Shown here: positions 1 through 8,479 of the stretch, piece after piece
How positions within the stretch are numbered: the first letter of the stretch is position 1
Layout: each line of letters begins with the position of its first letter
IMG/VR virus record: IMGVR_UViG_3300045988_157568
Strand: one strand, 5' to 3'
Length of the DNA: 64,000 nt
DNA from: a virus
Position numbers and translations under genes: made by a program
The notes under the pieces: generated by a model
What the model was told of the DNA's origin: nothing
What the model saw: only the letters and a program-made list of their open reading frames with translations
Database searches by the model: none

Positions 1-783
1 GTTTTTTTTTTATTTGTTTATAGTTTATATACAGTCTGTTTATTGACTGTATCTATACTATACTACTATTATTCGCGAATGTCAATAGTTTTTATACAAT
101 TTTTTTAAATTTTTTTGAAAAAAATTTTATTACATTATATATACAAATAGAAAAAAAATCATATTTGCTCAATTTAATGATAATGCACTTACAGTTTTTA
201 CCACCTTACACCTTTTTGTTTACAGTTTTTTCCTTTTTGCACCAAGGGTACTTGTCAGTTTTTGTCAGTTTTTGGTACTTCCTGCCATTCTCAAATTCCA
301 TATAAATGAAAACTCCTCTTTATTATTAATATAGGGAATTTTTGAAAAACCGCCATAATAGCAAATTTTATGCTTTACCTCAATATATGTATATAAAGAA
401 CTTTAAAAAAATCGCCATAATAAGCATAATAAGATACCTCATTTTGTGTAGTGTGAAACTAAATTTGAGCATAAAAATAACACCCAACTACATACAAAAG
501 GAAGAATAGGAATTGAAAAACCTTTTATATGAGTTGAGTGTTAAAAAGTGATTGTCTTAGTGCGGAAAAACGGACTAAAATCCGCAACTAAATCCAACAA
601 GTCACTTTGTTAAAGATATTAATACTTTTAGAAACAAACTACTAATTCTAAAGATTTTAATATCTATATACTCAACAAATAAACTTTTTACGGATTTTTT
701 GTACAAACATAGAAACAGTTGTAAAGGTCTTAGGTCTTTACTTTGTATTTTTGATTGTCCGTTTACTTATTGAGTATATACAT

Positions 784-836
784 ATTATATCTTAATCATT
801 AATACTTGTCAAATCATATCACTATCCCCTCATTTA
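784..836 (-). promoter_or_regulatory. SigA/sigma-70-type promoter with conserved upstream box; no long ORF downstream
   Basis: Minus strand reads TTGACA (807-812), 17-nt spacer, TATAAT (784-789). An upstream AATGAGGGG-type box resembles the other copies. Confidence 0.6.
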
Positions 837-884
837 CTACCTTTCGCTCAAAATTGAGCGGAAGAAGTAGATTAAAGAGATAGA

Positions 885-1217
885 TTATTGTTTAAGCCGT
901 ATATATTTACTGTTTTGAGCAGAAGAAATAGCACTTTTAAAAAGTCCATTTCTTACATCATTCTTAGAGTAGTCCAAAAAGCCGTCATAATCGTCTAAAC
1001 CACCATAAGTCTTGAGTAAGCTATATACATTGTTATAAGAGTAGTTTAAGCCACTCTCATAGTCTGAAAATGAGCCGTAAATAGCAATATTTTCGGAAAT
1101 ATATTGATTAAGTGCGTTAAGGTTTAAACAACGCACAACAATAATTTTTGTTCGGCGGTGACAAATAAAGAAATTATCATCTTTAAATACTATATCTAAA
1201 TACTTACTTACACACAT
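885..1217 (-). CDS. hypothetical protein
   Basis: Track ORF 885..1232. Start trimmed to ATG 1217 (MCVSKYL...), which has a purine-rich TGGGG about 9 nt upstream. Consensus promoter at 1286-1314. Confidence 0.5.
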   Translation of the reverse strand: MCVSKYLDIVFKDDNFFICHRRTKIIVVRCLNLNALNQYISENIAIYGSFSDYESGLNYSYNNVYSLLKTYGGLDDYDGFLDYSKNDVRNGLFKSAISSAQNSKYIRLKQ

Positions 1218-1285
1218 CTTTAGTAACCCCATTTCATAAATAATCTTTTAAAGTGCTTTTGTCTTTATCCCTAAAGCACGTTGTT

Positions 1286-1338
1286 ATTATAGCATTGAAA
1301 TATCACATTGTCAAATCACACTTCACCCTCATTCATTC
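1286..1338 (-). promoter_or_regulatory. SigA-type promoter with upstream GTGAAG/GAGGG box
   Basis: TTGACA = 1309-1314, TATAAT = 1286-1291, 17-nt spacer (minus strand). A leader hairpin gtgcttt..aaagcac follows. Confidence 0.7.
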
Positions 1339-1347
1339 ACAAAACAT

Positions 1348-1416
1348 AGGGTGCAACTTTTACACCCACCCCTCAATTTTGAAAAATTTTGCGACTAAAT
1401 TTGTACGCCATTCCTC
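1348..1416. repeat. Copy 1 of a ~70-nt conserved non-coding element with G/C tracts
   Basis: agggtgcaactttt...cctcaatttt..aaaatttt...tacgccattcctc aligns by eye with 17166-17238 in the same orientation. Confidence 0.6.
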
Positions 1417-1708
1417 TTATATAGTATACCTCATAGTAAATAGGGGGTAGATAATTTATACCGTATAGATACATAATAGATACATAAAATAATGAGGGTA
1501 AGTTTAATACCTATTATATTATTTGAAATCAAAATTATTATTGCAGGCTACCTCTCTTTTTGGTTATTTTTGTGTACTTGACAAACCGTAATTATAGTAT
1601 ATGATATGAGTATCAATACAGATAATTTTTGGTACACGGCAAATACACTACAATGTTAATTGTACGTAAATTTGTCCTCTGTGCTTTTTTATTTTTCATT
1701 TTTTGCAT

Positions 1709-1935
1709 ATCACAAAGAAATAGTCAATAGTGATTATTTTATTATCACATAGATACGATTGATAGAGATACACCCTAATATCACAAAGATATAATCAATA
1801 GTGATTTTCTATTTTGTCACATTGATGTTGTCAATAAATCACAAAGAAACAATCAATAGTGATTATCCCATTATCACATTGATGTTGTCAATAGTGATAA
1901 CTCCATTGTCACAAAGAAACAGTCAATAGTGATTA
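1709..1935. repeat. Iteron cluster A: four 28-bp direct repeats plus interspersed inverted TCAATAGTGAT boxes
   Basis: atcacaaagaaaNaNtcaatagtgatta at 1709-1736, 1780-1807, 1838-1865 and 1908-1935 (spacing 71, 58, 70 bp). Near-palindrome ttatcacattgatgttgtcaatagtgataa at 1871-1900. Confidence 0.85.
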
Positions 1936-2237
1936 GCACATAAATGTACTAAATTACATTAAATAAGGGGTACTAAAACACATTGTATAGATAATAAGGT
2001 GTATAAGAGGGTGAATAAAGAGGGCGTAAGAGAGCCAAAAAGGTGGTTTAAACGAGGAAAATCAAAGTGGCAAGGTAAGTATATAGTACAGTGTATATAG
2101 TGATTAATAAGGTGGTTATATAAGAGGGTAAAATACAAGATAAAAGGTGATTAAAATAGTGGTTAAAATGGTGCGGCGGTAAATATTTTAGGTTGATACT
2201 TTACCCCTATAAAATAGACACTTTAGTCATTACAAAT

Positions 2238-2284
2238 AATGACCTTCCCACTGCGATTTCCCTCGTTTCGTAACACTTAAAAAT
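2238..2284. repeat. Left copy of a ~46-bp direct repeat flanking iteron cluster B
   Basis: aatgaccttcccactgcgatttccctcgtttcgtaacacttaaaaat versus aatgacctgccactgcgatattcctcgtttcaaggtcattaaaagt at 2539-2584, offset 301 bp. Confidence 0.8.
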
Positions 2285-2287
2285 ATA

Positions 2288-2631
2288 ACCTCTATTTTTA
2301 ACGAAATAACCTCAAAAATAGGTGAAAATGACCTCAAAATCACTAAAATGAGCAAAAATAACCTCATAATAGTGATAAATGACCTCATAAAGACCACTAC
2401 TAAGGTACTAAAATAACCTCATAAAGTAGTAAAATGACCTCATAAAGTGGTGATTATAGTAGTGAATAGTACCTCAAAATAACATACATCACTGTACTAA
2501 ACAGTGGTGATATACCTCATTATATAGTACATTCCTCAAATGACCTGCCACTGCGATATTCCTCGTTTCAAGGTCATTAAAAGTACCTCATTTGTAGTGA
2601 TTACAACCTCAATATAAAATAATACTCCTCA
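2288..2631. repeat. Iteron cluster B: about 13 ACCTCA boxes, many in pairs 21-22 bp apart
   Basis: RACCTCAWAA-type boxes start at 2288, 2309, 2331, 2361, 2382, 2416, 2437, 2471, 2514, 2533, 2585, 2606 and 2626. ATAACCTCA and ATGACCTCA forms alternate. Confidence 0.8.
2539..2584. repeat. Right copy of the ~46-bp direct repeat flanking iteron cluster B
   Basis: See 2238-2284. Contains internal inverted arms aatgacct / aggtcatt. Confidence 0.8.
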
Positions 2632-2887
2632 GGTACCACGAGAGTTTGAGTGGTAAAGGTGAAAGAAAACGGCTAAAGTCATTTACTTATTATCATTACT
2701 TTATTATTCTATTATTAAATATTAATATTTTAAGCCGCCCTCATTTCACTTTTGACAATAACTTTAAAGTCTTTAGTTATTACTTTTAAGGTTGTTTATT
2801 TTATAGTTATCCTCTTGTTTTATTTACAAGTGAATAAATTTACCGCCGCCGTTCATTTCCATAGTACCCCTGTGAACGGCAAAAAGG

Positions 2888-2916
2888 CACGAAAAAAGCG
2901 GTTACAATGTAACCGC
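2888..2916 (-). terminator. Rho-independent terminator
   Basis: Minus strand: gcggttaca-a-tgtaaccgc hairpin (2898-2916) followed by TTTTTTC, just downstream of the stop of 2981..3292. Confidence 0.75.
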
Positions 2917-2980
2917 CTTGTCTGTATATTATTCTTATTTCATAAAGCCGTAAATCGTATTATTTACCGCCTGTATTCAT

Positions 2981-3292
2981 TTATGCAACTTCCTTAAACT
3001 TCTTCAACTCGTTTTCATACTTCTCTTTATCGTCTGTGAGTACAAGTGTCAAATCACTCGACCATCCATTTTTTACGTGTTCTAAAATCATAAGGTACTT
3101 ACGCAACTTTACACGACCGCCTCGTTTTAGTGTAAATCTGAATTTTGTGTTTTCACCGATTTCGCAGAAGTAACTGTCAAGTAAAACTCCCTCAAATACT
3201 TCCACATCATATCCTGCTTGAGTTAGTTGCGAATAAATTTTATCCGCAACTTTTAAACTTACAGTACATTTGTAATCAATCATTGTAATCAA
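2981..3292 (-). CDS. hypothetical protein (103 aa)
   Basis: Minus-strand ORF overlapping the upstream ORF by 17 nt; followed by a terminator. Confidence 0.6.
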   Translation of the reverse strand: MITMIDYKCTVSLKVADKIYSQLTQAGYDVEVFEGVLLDSYFCEIGENTKFRFTLKRGGRVKLRKYLMILEHVKNGWSSDLTLVLTDDKEKYENELKKFKEVA

Positions 3293-3509
3293 ACTCCTCT
3301 CTTATATATGTGTTTTCATAAGCTACTCCGTTTTTGTGAACTCTGATTATGGCTTTATCTTCGCCGTAATATGTTAGAGTACCTTTATTACCTACCTCAA
3401 TAACACACTCTTTGAACTCATCTAAAATATATGAGCAAAAGTTTGTGGGGTGGTAAATATATTTTCCTATCTGCTCACCATTTTTCTTTTCGATTACTGT
3501 TATTCTCAT
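3276..3509 (-). CDS. hypothetical protein (77 aa)
   Basis: Minus-strand ORF with GAGGAG-type SD upstream (tgaggagtgattaatt ATG). Confidence 0.6.
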   Translation of the reverse strand: MRITVIEKKNGEQIGKYIYHPTNFCSYILDEFKECVIEVGNKGTLTYYGEDKAIIRVHKNGVAYENTYIREEFDYND

Positions 3510-3608
3510 AATTAATCACTCCTCAATATTATCTTGCAATCATCATTTCATTATACATAATGTACATTCTATTTATAATATTCTTGTTCACCATTATTAC
3601 CCTCAAAT

Positions 3609-4256
3609 TTAAATATGGCAATCAACTACTGTTACAATAGTATCCTCATCTAAACTGTCAAGAAATTCTTTAAATTCTGACTTCCAATTATCGTGGCTTT
3701 TTTCATTGAAAACACAAGCCCACCAACCCATTTTGCCTCGTTCGTGCCATTCTCCAATAGGAGTAACAAAGGCAAAAGGTAGTATATCTTCCCAATCAAT
3801 TTTGGATACATAATCCTCGTTTGTAGTTTTGCCGGACAATGTTTTGAGATAATTATTAAATCTTCCTCCAATAGTATACCAGTTCCATTTTGAATTGGGA
3901 TTATAAATAGATAATAAATCACCATTTGATTTAACCATATCTTCATCAAAACTCCGTTTTATGTCCTCATAACATTCGTCATCAGTCCATTCCAATTTTT
4001 TGGGAAATTCGTTTTTTAAATAATTAATGTGTTCTACATTGGAGTGACTTTCCTCATACTTTTTTGGATTTGATAAATATTCTGCATAAAATCCATTCTT
4101 GTATTCCTCTATTTCTTTTCTTATTTTTGCTATTGCTTGTTCTCGTGTATACAGTACATATGGAGCATACACAATATCTTCATCATATGGAGCAAGCAAT
4201 TCCTCAACTGTTCTTCCATTTTCTTTTGTGAATACTAATGCAACAAAATGTGACAT
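3609..4256 (-). CDS. hypothetical protein (215 aa)
   Basis: Long ORF directly downstream of consensus promoter 4336-4364. W-rich C-terminal half (KWNWYTIGGRF, GKMGWWAC). No family recognised. Confidence 0.65.
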   Translation of the reverse strand: MSHFVALVFTKENGRTVEELLAPYDEDIVYAPYVLYTREQAIAKIRKEIEEYKNGFYAEYLSNPKKYEESHSNVEHINYLKNEFPKKLEWTDDECYEDIKRSFDEDMVKSNGDLLSIYNPNSKWNWYTIGGRFNNYLKTLSGKTTNEDYVSKIDWEDILPFAFVTPIGEWHERGKMGWWACVFNEKSHDNWKSEFKEFLDSLDEDTIVTVVDCHI

Positions 4257-4335
4257 AATTTTTCTCCAATCTCTTTGCTAATTATATTTCATATAGTCTT
4301 TGTAGTTAAGGTGTCTATCTCTTAACTACAAGTAT

Positions 4336-4384
4336 ATTATAGCACATAAAAAGAAAGGTGTCAAATAAGGAATTTCCTCACTTG
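4336..4384 (-). promoter_or_regulatory. SigA-type promoter with AAGTGAGGAAATTCCTTA upstream box
   Basis: TTGACA = 4359-4364, TATAAT = 4336-4341, 17-nt spacer. Box contains the palindrome AGGAAATTCCT. Confidence 0.8.
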
Positions 4385-4405
4385 CACCTTTCTGCTTACC
4401 TTAAA

Positions 4406-4999
4406 TTATATAAGTTTATTCTTATACTTATTTAGTTCCTCTGTAATTTCTTGTATCACTTTATCATACCTTTCTATTCGTATACATTCACAATTTCTAA
4501 GGTCGCCCAATTCACAAACCACAACAATTAAAGAGCCAATGTCCTCTTTTGTAAGAGGTGGTTTATAGTCTGTATCATATATACTCCCATATATACTCTC
4601 ATAATTCTTATAAAGATATAGTTCATTTATAGCCTTAATGCCTATTTGTGTGGCAGGTTTTGCAATATAAACTGTATCATCTACACTGCCACTAAAAATA
4701 TGATAAGCTTTGCTTTTAAAATCGGGTTCTACGTGTTGAATGTATTGCTCGAAATGTTCAATGTTCATTTCAAAACGATTTTTGTCAAATTCCTCTAAGG
4801 GGAAAGGACTGCAAGGATATTGCCAAGCAATTACTTTATACTTAAAAGGAACAATACTGCCGTCAGAGTCCTCTGTATACCATTCATTGCCGACTAATAC
4901 AGCGAATACATCACAGTATTCTCTGTTATTTTTTAAATAGGTAATTTGCACTTTTTCTTTTTCATCAGGTAACGAACAGTCAGTTAATTCCCAACTCAT
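4406..4999 (-). CDS. paralogue family A member 1 (DUF551-like N-terminus by memory)
   Basis: Shares the ..AWQY..PF.. block and a C-terminal G(G/S).DD.VY(I/V)..P block with 5001..5576, 5592..6215 and 6314..6922. Confidence 0.6.
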   Translation of the reverse strand: MSWELTDCSLPDEKEKVQITYLKNNREYCDVFAVLVGNEWYTEDSDGSIVPFKYKVIAWQYPCSPFPLEEFDKNRFEMNIEHFEQYIQHVEPDFKSKAYHIFSGSVDDTVYIAKPATQIGIKAINELYLYKNYESIYGSIYDTDYKPPLTKEDIGSLIVVVCELGDLRNCECIRIERYDKVIQEITEELNKYKNKLI

Positions 5000-5000
5000 A

Positions 5001-5576
5001 TTAATTCTCCTCCGTTTCTATTTCTTCTTTGCTCATAATTGTTATGATGTCCATAATCTTTTGGGTATTATATTTAATTACTTCACTTGCCGTTTTAACC
5101 GTCAAATATTCATAATTTTCTAAGTCTGAGTCAAAGCTGTCCGCTCCAAAGATTAAAACATATATTTCACCTATATTATAGTAATTCAAGATACTTGCTC
5201 CGTCTGTAATATACTTATTAATTGTATTAATACAGTCAATATCCTCTATTCTTCTTGGTCTTACCACGAAAACTCTATCATCATCAAAACCACCTAAAAG
5301 GTGAAACTTTTCGCCCTCGTTAGAGTATTCCCTACAACTTTGGAAAGTATTTAAGAGGTAATTAATAGCCTTTTTATATTTACTTGTTTCGTCCTCAAAT
5401 GGGGCGTCTGCATATTGCCAAGCCGTTACATTGTTATAGGATACATCATCATTACCATATTGAGTGAAGTAGCCCTCGGAGTATTTTGCTAATGCTATAT
5501 CACCTTGTGTTGTGACTAAACAAGTAGCTCCCTCTTTTGGTTTTACCATACTTGTTTTTATCCAATTATCATTCAT
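5001..5576 (-). CDS. paralogue family A member 2
   Basis: WIKTSMVKPKEG...VTAWQYADAPF and LLGGFDDDRVFVVRPRRIEDIDCINTINKY blocks shared with neighbours. Confidence 0.6.
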   Translation of the reverse strand: MNDNWIKTSMVKPKEGATCLVTTQGDIALAKYSEGYFTQYGNDDVSYNNVTAWQYADAPFEDETSKYKKAINYLLNTFQSCREYSNEGEKFHLLGGFDDDRVFVVRPRRIEDIDCINTINKYITDGASILNYYNIGEIYVLIFGADSFDSDLENYEYLTVKTASEVIKYNTQKIMDIITIMSKEEIETEEN

Positions 5577-5591
5577 TATAGTATCCTCCTT

Positions 5592-6215
5592 TTATTCAAA
5601 TAAATAAGTACCGATAGTATTTACTTCGTTTGCAATTTTTTTGATAATCATTTTTTCAGTGTCATTGTTTGTGTTATCCTCACACCACATTTTAAAATCG
5701 TGGTAGCCATTTCTTCTGCCTTCCTCAAAGTAGCTTTCTACCAATCCAAACACTTTTTCCTGTGCCTTATTATATTCGTGCATTTTGATAAGTTGTGTAA
5801 TTTCTTTTGTGGCAAACTTATTCAATTCCTCTAACTCTGATGTAACTTCGGCGGTGTAATTAGATAGAAGATTGAAGTATACCCCAAAGCAATCCTCCGT
5901 AATATCCTTTGAGTAATAATTACATTGAATTATAGCTAATATCACTTGTCCGATATGCTCTTCCTCAAAAAGAGGTTTACTATTTTGTTGGAAATAGCTG
6001 TTTATTATGTTTAGACAGTTAATGTCCTCTTGATTATGTGGGATAACCAAATAAACTGTATCTTTCTCATAACCGCCTAAAATATCAAATTCCTCAAGCG
6101 GAGTTGTATTGATATACTTTGTACCTTTCTCAACCTCAACTTTTTGCAATACACAATTAAAGTGTCGCACGGCATCCAAATATTTTAACCTACTATATTC
6201 GTTTGTTTGTTCCAT
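5592..6215 (-). CDS. paralogue family A member 3 (C-terminal module only)
   Basis: ILGGYEKDTVYLVIPHNQEDINCLNIINSY matches the neighbours. Start set to ATG 6215 with AAAGGAAG SD 6 nt upstream (track start 6248 is TTG). Confidence 0.6.
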   Translation of the reverse strand: MEQTNEYSRLKYLDAVRHFNCVLQKVEVEKGTKYINTTPLEEFDILGGYEKDTVYLVIPHNQEDINCLNIINSYFQQNSKPLFEEEHIGQVILAIIQCNYYSKDITEDCFGVYFNLLSNYTAEVTSELEELNKFATKEITQLIKMHEYNKAQEKVFGLVESYFEEGRRNGYHDFKMWCEDNTNNDTEKMIIKKIANEVNTIGTYLFE

Positions 6216-6270
6216 TTTAAACTTCCTTTCATAATTAGTTCTTTGCAATCTCTCTCTTGATTACATTGTT

Positions 6271-6320
6271 ATTATATCATAATGGTTAGAGCGTGTCAAA
6301 TGAGGGAAACCCCTCATTCG
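6271..6320 (-). promoter_or_regulatory. SigA-type promoter with palindromic upstream box
   Basis: TTGACA = 6294-6299, TATAAT = 6271-6276, 17-nt spacer. Upstream GAGGGGTTTCCCTC palindrome overlaps the TGA stop of 6314..6922. Confidence 0.8.
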
Positions 6321-6922
6321 TCACACATTTCATCATTGTCATACTTGTCAAGGCAATCTATAACTTGCTGTCTTACATAACTAAAATAATTATATGCAAT
6401 ATCTCTACAATCCTCAATATCACCACCAAAACAATACATTACAATCTGATTACCTCTCTTTAAGTCATCTGAAAAGTATTGTTTATCAACTCTGTTTTTA
6501 TAGTATTGTAACCGATTTAATAAATCGGTGTCTTTATCTGAAGTGATTTTTATAACATAAATTTTTTCAAGACCGTCAACTCCTCCGAATACAACATTTG
6601 CAAAGTAATCATCTTGTGGAATTTCCTTATAAATCATACTTTCCTTAAACCGTTTTACGTCCTCTTTAAACTGTATAGATAAATGTTCATCATATGAAAA
6701 AGGCTCGCCAAACTTTCTCCAAGCATAAACCTTAAATGGAAAATCCTCTACTTCACCTGTCGCTGGATTAACATAAAACCATTCGCCTGTCGGTGAGCAA
6801 AAAGCAAACCTATCACAGTAAATAGTATCATCAAAAGTTTCGTATGATACTTGCACTTGTGTTTCACTCGATGGTAATCCCTCTAATATGTCAATCCAAT
6901 CATTATTTTTTACTTCATTCAT
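6314..6922 (-). CDS. paralogue family A member 4
   Basis: WIDILEGLP...VYAWRKFGEPF and VVFGGVDGLEKIYVIKITSDKDTDLLNRLQYY blocks. Confidence 0.6.
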   Translation of the reverse strand: MNEVKNNDWIDILEGLPSSETQVQVSYETFDDTIYCDRFAFCSPTGEWFYVNPATGEVEDFPFKVYAWRKFGEPFSYDEHLSIQFKEDVKRFKESMIYKEIPQDDYFANVVFGGVDGLEKIYVIKITSDKDTDLLNRLQYYKNRVDKQYFSDDLKRGNQIVMYCFGGDIEDCRDIAYNYFSYVRQQVIDCLDKYDNDEMCDE

Positions 6923-6942
6923 AAATAATCAACTCCATTTCT

Positions 6943-7338
6943 TTAATTTATGTATATATAATAACAAAAAATGAGGGACTTGTCAAACAAGCAAATCCTC
7001 ACTTCGTCACATTTAAAACTCTCTTTCAATCTGCTACCTGTTCGACTATATACTCTAAAGCATTTTAGAGCATATGACCTTTCCTCGTCAAGTAAAAGTT
7101 CGGCTAAAGTATAATTACATATATTATCAAATTCATCAGCCGAATAGGTATCATCTGACTTATATGTTTCAAATGTGCTTAAATCCTCATTACAGTGCAT
7201 ACATTGATAAGTATATCCCTCAACTTCTGATTTTAATACAGTCGTTCCGCACCTATTACAACGTACACCCTCAACAATGTTATCCTTAACATAATTATAA
7301 GTATTCGGGTACAGTTTTTTATCAAAATCTCTCATCAT
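6943..7338 (-). CDS. zinc-ribbon protein
   Basis: CNRCGT...YQCMHCNE double CxxC. Start set to ATG 7338 after GGAGGAG SD. The 3' end runs through the next promoter (6958-6986). Confidence 0.55.
   Translation of the reverse strand: MMRDFDKKLYPNTYNYVKDNIVEGVRCNRCGTTVLKSEVEGYTYQCMHCNEDLSTFETYKSDDTYSADEFDNICNYTLAELLLDEERSYALKCFRVYSRTGSRLKESFKCDEVRICLFDKSLIFCYYIYIN
6958..7006 (-). promoter_or_regulatory. SigA-type promoter
   Basis: TTGACA = 6981-6986, TATTAT = 6958-6963, 17-nt spacer. Upstream GAAGTGAGGATTTGC box. Confidence 0.65.
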
Positions 7339-7339
7339 A

Positions 7340-7747
7340 TTACCACTCCTCCACTTTTTCATTTATCAGTGTTATCACGTCTGCAATCGGATTTTTACTT
7401 GCAATTTTTATTAACCCCTCAACACATCTCTTTAACTCTTTCTTAAATCTCTTTTTAGAAACTAATTCCTCAATGTGGAAATTGATGTTTCCTAAAAGAA
7501 TACACTCGCCGTCCTGTTCATATTCAAGTAATAAGTCAATGCTATTTACATATATTTCTACTAAAAATATACGTTTGCCTTCAGATATATCCGTAATTAG
7601 GTCAATACGTAATCTACCGATATATAACGTGTCAGCTACCATTTTACCCACTACCCATTTTCCTACAAGGGCTTCCTCTAAACAGTGCTTATACAGCACT
7701 TTTAAATTATCCTTAGTCAAATTTGAATTTTCAATTAATTGTTTCAT
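7340..7747 (-). CDS. hypothetical protein
   Basis: ORF with GAGAGGAGAG SD before ATG 7747. Confidence 0.6.
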   Translation of the reverse strand: MKQLIENSNLTKDNLKVLYKHCLEEALVGKWVVGKMVADTLYIGRLRIDLITDISEGKRIFLVEIYVNSIDLLLEYEQDGECILLGNINFHIEELVSKKRFKKELKRCVEGLIKIASKNPIADVITLINEKVEEW

Positions 7748-7765
7748 AACTATCTCTCCTCTCAA

Positions 7766-8065
7766 TTATCTTATCCATACTTCTTCTGCATAAAGCATAG
7801 CATTTTTGAATGTCATTAGAAAATCTTCCTCTGTTATAACTTGATAAAATTCTGTTACAACCGTATCATAGCTATCTTTTTGTTCAACCAAAATAGCATA
7901 ATTTTTGTCATAATTAAACTTAGGGCTTTCGTTGTAAAAAGGTGTATAGCCGTCCCTTTCAAGTTGTTCATACTCCTTTTCAATGTCTTTAGCACTGCCG
8001 AAGATAAGAAAACAGTTGTTTAAATCTCTTTCGCCGTAATTAATGTATACTCTCTTTAACTCCAT
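7766..8065 (-). CDS. hypothetical protein
   Basis: ORF downstream of promoter 8127-8155. ATG 8065 lies 9 nt after AAAGGAA. Confidence 0.6.
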   Translation of the reverse strand: MELKRVYINYGERDLNNCFLIFGSAKDIEKEYEQLERDGYTPFYNESPKFNYDKNYAILVEQKDSYDTVVTEFYQVITEEDFLMTFKNAMLYAEEVWIR

Positions 8066-8078
8066 TTCTTTCAATTCC

Positions 8079-8118
8079 TTTCATAAATAGTATTTATATA
8101 TTCGTCAATCGCTTGACT
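8079..8118. repeat. 40-nt leader block identical to 15953-15992
   Basis: tttcataaatagtatttatatattcgtcaatcgcttgact occurs at both sites. On the minus strand it contains the palindrome GTCAAGCGATTGAC between the -10 and the SD. Confidence 0.9.
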
Positions 8119-8126
8119 ATGCTTGT

Positions 8127-8176
8127 ATTATAACAAATACTTTTGTATCTGTCAAATGACGATATTCCTCACTTGG
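8127..8176 (-). promoter_or_regulatory. SigA-type promoter with AAGTGAGGAATATCG box
   Basis: TTGACA = 8150-8155, TATAAT = 8127-8132, 17-nt spacer. Confidence 0.8.
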
Positions 8177-8330
8177 CACTGATTTTTAGGTGCTGATTAT
8201 GTATCTGTAATGTAAATAATAAATCGGTTACTATTTTTGGAGCGTTTAAAGTCGTTTTAAAGCCGTTTTAAGTGCATAGGTATATAACTATAAGACTAAA
8301 GGCTTTAAAGGCTTATTTTGAGTGTAATAC

Positions 8331-8369
8331 AGGCATAAAATAAAGCACTCATACAATGACAAGTGCTTT
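8331..8369 (-). terminator. Probable intrinsic terminator
   Basis: Minus strand: aaagcact-12 nt-agtgcttt hairpin (8342-8369) followed by ATTTTAT. Confidence 0.55.
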
Positions 8370-8479
8370 ATTATATTTCTGATTTTATCTTTCAGTTTTC
8401 TCTGCAAGTTCCCCATTATAAAGTAAATGCGTTTTAATTGAAAATCTCTGTACTTTTCATATTATCGTCCTCCTTTTAG

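Noticed and set aside
1709-1935. CRISPR-like array: four 28-bp direct repeats with 30-43-bp intervening segments.
   Set aside because: The intervening segments are not unique spacers. They share the same TCAATAGTGAT/ATCACATTGA boxes with each other and with the repeats. The spacing is irregular (71, 58, 70 bp). No cas genes or leader are present. It was treated as an iteron/operator array instead.
1-2750. tRNA, other structured RNA genes, or an integration (att) site in the ORF-free left end.
   Set aside because: I found no GTTCRANYC T-loop-like sequence with matching acceptor or anticodon stems on either strand. There is no integrase anywhere in the window. This is a by-eye result only; tRNAscan or Infernal should be run.
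2752-2997. 81-aa plus-strand ORF at the edge of the ORF-free region.
   Set aside because: It has no SD or promoter. It runs through the minus-strand terminator hairpin (2898-2916) and into the 3' end of gene 2981..3292. Its hydrophobic, low-complexity translation points to an artefact.
3650-3949. Alternative-frame minus-strand ORFs nested inside longer genes (3650..3949, 22124..22390, 32164..32346, 51651..51836).
   Set aside because: Each is fully contained in a longer ORF that has recognisable motifs or better start signals. None has independent translation signals.
8433-8459. 8-codon mini-ORF (MKSTEIFN) with a strong GGAGGA SD right after gene 8480..8818. Also 5-codon ATGAAATGG... ORFs in several leaders.
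   Set aside because: The peptide sequences are not conserved between copies. The ATGAAATGGAG strings are better explained as part of a conserved SD context (TGGAG-N7-9-ATG). They are too short to support as genes.
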